Shown: piece by piece, positions 62,826 to 64,000 of the stretch
Layout of the letters: each line of letters begins with the position of its first letter
How positions within the stretch are numbered: position 1 is the stretch's first letter
Source of the DNA: Haplodiscus bocki
Taxonomy: Eukaryota
Length of the DNA: 64,000 nt
Direction: 5' to 3'
Assembly: GCA_965655095.1 (NCBI GenBank)
Contig: OZ296648.1
Span: 49,414,001-49,478,000 of the forward strand
Translations under genes and position numbers: made by a program
Notes under the pieces: generated by a model
Seen by the model: the letters and a program-made list of their open reading frames with translations, nothing else
Told to the model about the DNA's origin: nothing
Database searches by the model: none

Positions 62826-64000
62826 TAAATCATCAAGTACTTTACAGGTGCGTCAAACGGGAGAAATTATGAAAACCTTGGCGAAAAAAATTGCGAGTGG
62901 ACAAAGTGCTTCGAACTCTTTAGTTCAGCGCGGGTTTCAAAGCTCGCGGATGTAAAAATTTGAACAAACAGACCGTGACTTTTAACATTGAACGATCGAT
63001 TTTTCAAAAGGGTCAAGTTTGTTGAAAAACATCCCGTGAGGACGATCGGAATCGAAATTTCAGTAGGAAGCCAATTGAACATGGCCCTGGAAACTATGGT
63101 CAAAATTGAAATGGTAGTTTTCCTTTTGATGCAAAAGTTCATGTTGCGTCTTTTACTGCGGTTGTACCCCTTTTATAGAAATGTAAACGAATGTTTGTGT
63201 CTTTCAGCCTCCGCAATGAAAATCTGCTGGATGAGAATGAAAATTTGCTGGATGATAAAGATCATGACGGCCTGCATGGTTGTTCTGACCATGACTTGTG
63301 AAAAAAAAGTGGCGCAATTATCATGTTTGTGCTGTGGAAACGACTCTGCGCTAAGAATAAAAGCAGGAGAATGTGTTTTGATAGAAATCTTGCCAATGGT
63401 TTGTAATCACTTTACTTAGATGACAACCAACAGCCAAAAGTCAATTTTCAGCATTGCCAGTATAATTGGGGGCCTGCCCTGCATGTCATATATACTATAC
63501 TGTCGCCTACTGTTTTTACGGATTGATGACAGACATATGGTAACGAGAAGAGTTGTAAGACTCCACAAGGAATTTAAAGGCAATCACAAACTTCGAACTT
63601 GAACAAAAAGTGAAAAAAAAACGGCTAATAACATCGGCAGGATAATGTAGATGATTCAGGTGATTTTGCAGAGAGTTACAAAGTTTTCGGTGGTTTTTTT
63701 TTGTTTCAGCTTTTCCAAGTCCACGGGTCAAAAGGCAAGTGTTGCTAAAGTTGCCAGAATATCGGCATCTCGCGTTTTCCCAAATCAAATGACTGTAACG
63801 AAGGAGAAGCAGGCGTTGAAAAAAACAGATTGTTGAACGTATTTTCTTATAACTCAGTTGAAATAACTGTAGTACGTTGATGATTAGGAAAAATCATATA
63901 CAGAATGAAAGCCTGGGAATCTCATTTTTGAAAACTGTGGAAGTTCTGTGAAGATAAGGAGCAGTTTTTGTTATTGCTTTTGAAAACCGATGAGACCTCG

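Noticed and set aside
62988-63419. 143-aa plus-strand ORF, the longest in the track
   Set aside because: It has low-complexity Met/Leu/Cys-rich composition typical of an antisense reading of a minus-strand retroelement region next to the env relic, a non-ATG start, and no motif.

Overview
Eukaryotic, probably invertebrate-animal, AT-rich genomic DNA with spliceosomal introns and a very high load of decayed repeats. I cannot identify the species from the sequence. One intact host gene is present: a 6-coding-exon HEN1/HENMT1 small-RNA 2'-O-methyltransferase on the minus strand (42959-60714, predicted 407 aa, all phases joining in frame). Its first coding intron (14.7 kb) holds a decayed near-full-length Ty3/Gypsy element, a LINE fragment, a BEL/Pao integrase fragment and decayed satellite. 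The left end (1-7440) is a tandem array of ~1655-bp mosaic units that ends in a DINE-1/Helentron-like (HINE) terminus. A diverged single-unit element of the same family lies at 37.4-39.2 kb. The rest consists of relics of Gypsy, BEL/Pao and LINE retroelements, a solo LTR carrying an ORF start, several HINE-like elements, a decayed ~180-bp tandem repeat, microsatellites, and an env-like (furin site plus fusion peptide) pseudogene ~1.4 kb upstream of the HEN1 ATG. Most ORFs in the supplied track are spurious or are transposon fragments. Transposon boundaries are approximate (read by eye); HEN1 exon boundaries were worked out base by base.
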